From the human T2T-CHM13v2.0 reference genome, Homo sapiens, in NCBI RefSeq assembly GCF_009914755.1, contig NC_060938.1: DNA of 64,000 nucleotides. One strand, written 5' to 3'. Under the pieces are notes generated by a model that saw only the letters and a list, made by a program, of their open reading frames with translations, was not told the origin of the DNA and did no database searches. The position numbers and the translations under genes are program-made. Shown piece by piece: positions 62,230-64,000 of the stretch (its first letter is position 1; every line of letters starts with the position of its first letter).

Positions 62230-63052
62230 TTCATTCATTCATTTGGCCTAATCCTTTTCTTTTTTTTTTTTTGATGCAAAGATGCTAGAATAGAATAATG
62301 TGTTAAAGATTTGCTTGTCCTTAACAACAAAACATGAATGAGTTCACCAAATGATTTTTCTTTTAGAAGGGTTTGTTTAGAATGAAGCACCAAAAGCCAT
62401 AATCTTTTTCAGGTGGAGAAGAGGGATCTTTTGGAAGACATGACCTGCAATAAACCCCTGGAACTCTGAGAGTAGAGGGCAGAGTGGGAGAAAAGGGGCT
62501 CTCCACAGAAGCCCAGCAGCTCCTGGGTTGAATGGATTGGAGACAATAAATTGGGGCAAGCCTAGGCTAAAGGTCTAAAGCCAAGGCAGCAGGGCTAAAG
62601 GTCTTTGACGGTCCGGGGCCTCCAGGTATTTACTCTCTTTGTGCAGGGGAGGGGCAAATGGGAATTAAAAGGAAACTAAAGCATCACCACTAACTGAAGT
62701 GTTACCTCTTACACATCTGTTTTCATTTATTGAGCAGGAACTAAGTGCCAGGCTTTGTGCTGGAGGTGGGGATATAAAAATAAGTGAATTATACAAAACA
62801 AACACACACTCACACAAATGGATAAGAAATAAATGGTAATCTGTTTTATGATGCTCGTACATATTTGGAAACAAATACATTATAAGACAGAATGATTTGT
62901 GCTGAAGGGGGCACTCCTTAGTGTGAAGGAAGATGCTTACCCACTTGTGAGACGTGAAGGGGCTCAGAAGAGCCTGAAAGGAGTTTTCAGACAAAGAGAA
63001 GATAGAATTTGCTATTTTCAAGTGAATCCCCTCTGAATGAATTGCTTTATAC

Positions 63053-63068
63053 CTGGTAGAAATGGCAT
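63053..63068 (-). CDS. RTN1: Probable alternative RTN1 first coding exon (MPFLP), giving a 193-aa RHD-only isoform
   Basis: GGC-ATG CCA TTT CTA CCA G|GTATAA; phase 1 matches the exon at 60424; in-frame upstream TAG at 63089-63087. Confidence 0.55.
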
Positions 63069-63454
63069 GCCCTCTAGGGAAGCCTCCTAAATCTCCAACC
63101 AGGAGGCCACCTGCTCAAGAAGTCTGTGAATGGCAGGCACTTCATGGACTTTCCTTGAAGAAACTGTGGGCAGAAAGCATTAGCTAAGTAACATGAGTTT
63201 GGTGTAGGGTCGTCTCTTAGCAGATCTTTCAATTACTTGCTAAGATTGCAGGAGGTTTCTAATAAGGAGGTTAACAAAAGGACTGTTATCTTAAAACAAC
63301 AGGCTGTTGGTTCTGGACACTTTGCAACAATATTATCTATTTACATTGATTCTGAAATGTTCAAAGCACTCTCATATGTTATCTCACTGAAATCTCAGAA
63401 TAAACTCCATTATATAGGTATGTCACAGGTGAGGAAACTAAACTTTTAAACTTG

Positions 63455-64000
63455 TAAAACCACCTTTGCAAAATTATGACTGAGACAGTGAATGAGATCT
63501 AATTAACTAACTCTTGCTTCTAACCTCCAAGCTGTCCTTGTTCATTCCTGGGCATAGGCTCAACTAACTTTAGGAGAAATTTAGTTTATAGTTTAAACAA
63601 AGATGGTAACTGCCCTTTCCCAAAGCACACCTCCTTCTTGCCTGGGGACTAGATTGCCTTTGTAGGACTAACATTAGCCACAAGATAAGAAATTATGGTT
63701 TAGGAGTCATGCAGCTGGAGGCTACAAGATTCTGACCCTCCCTAAACTGCTCCTAAGATCAGTGCTTGAGATACTTTGCAGACCCTGCACTTGATGAATA
63801 AGCTGGCCCCACTCAGATCAATAAACAGGCTCATCTGATCTTGTGGCCCCCACCCAGGAATTGACTGAGCACAAGAAGACTGCTTTGACTCCCTATGATT
63901 TCATCTCTGACCAATCAGCACTCCTGGTTCACTGGCTTCCCCCCACCCACAAAGTTATCCTTAAAAACTCCGCTCCCTGAATGCTCAGAGAGACTGATTT
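63455..64000 (+). mobile_element. LTR8-type ERV1 LTR (runs off the window end)
   Basis: aaaccacctttgcaaaattatgactgagacagtg...cttgcttctaacctccaagctgtcc. Confidence 0.85.

Overview
Primate (human or great-ape) genomic DNA. The gene content matches the RTN1-CCDC175 locus (human 14q23.1, from established knowledge). Two genes lie in tandem on the minus strand. The first is the 3' end of RTN1: six reticulon-homology-domain exons (60424-49678), a 3'UTR with AATAAA at 48930-48935, and a probable short alternative first exon (MPFLP) at 63068-63053. The second is the 5' half of CCDC175: a CpG-rich promoter with a perfect RFX X-box and coding exons 1-8 (29736-4315, 345 codons, splicing in frame). Most of the rest is interspersed repeat: a full-length inactive L1PA element (4442-10600), about 15 Alus, ERV/MaLR LTRs, L2, CR1, MIR and MER elements. 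The most interesting structure is the L1, inserted about 45 nt from the CCDC175 exon-8 acceptor. Its antisense promoter, an open 84-aa ORF0 and a strong splice donor all point into the gene, its YY1 site is mutated, and a sense MLT2A1 LTR lies on the other side of the exon. Several small templated-insertion scars are also visible. No prokaryote-type systems or RNA genes were seen. Repeat subfamily names come from memory of consensus sequences, and boundaries of old repeats are approximate.
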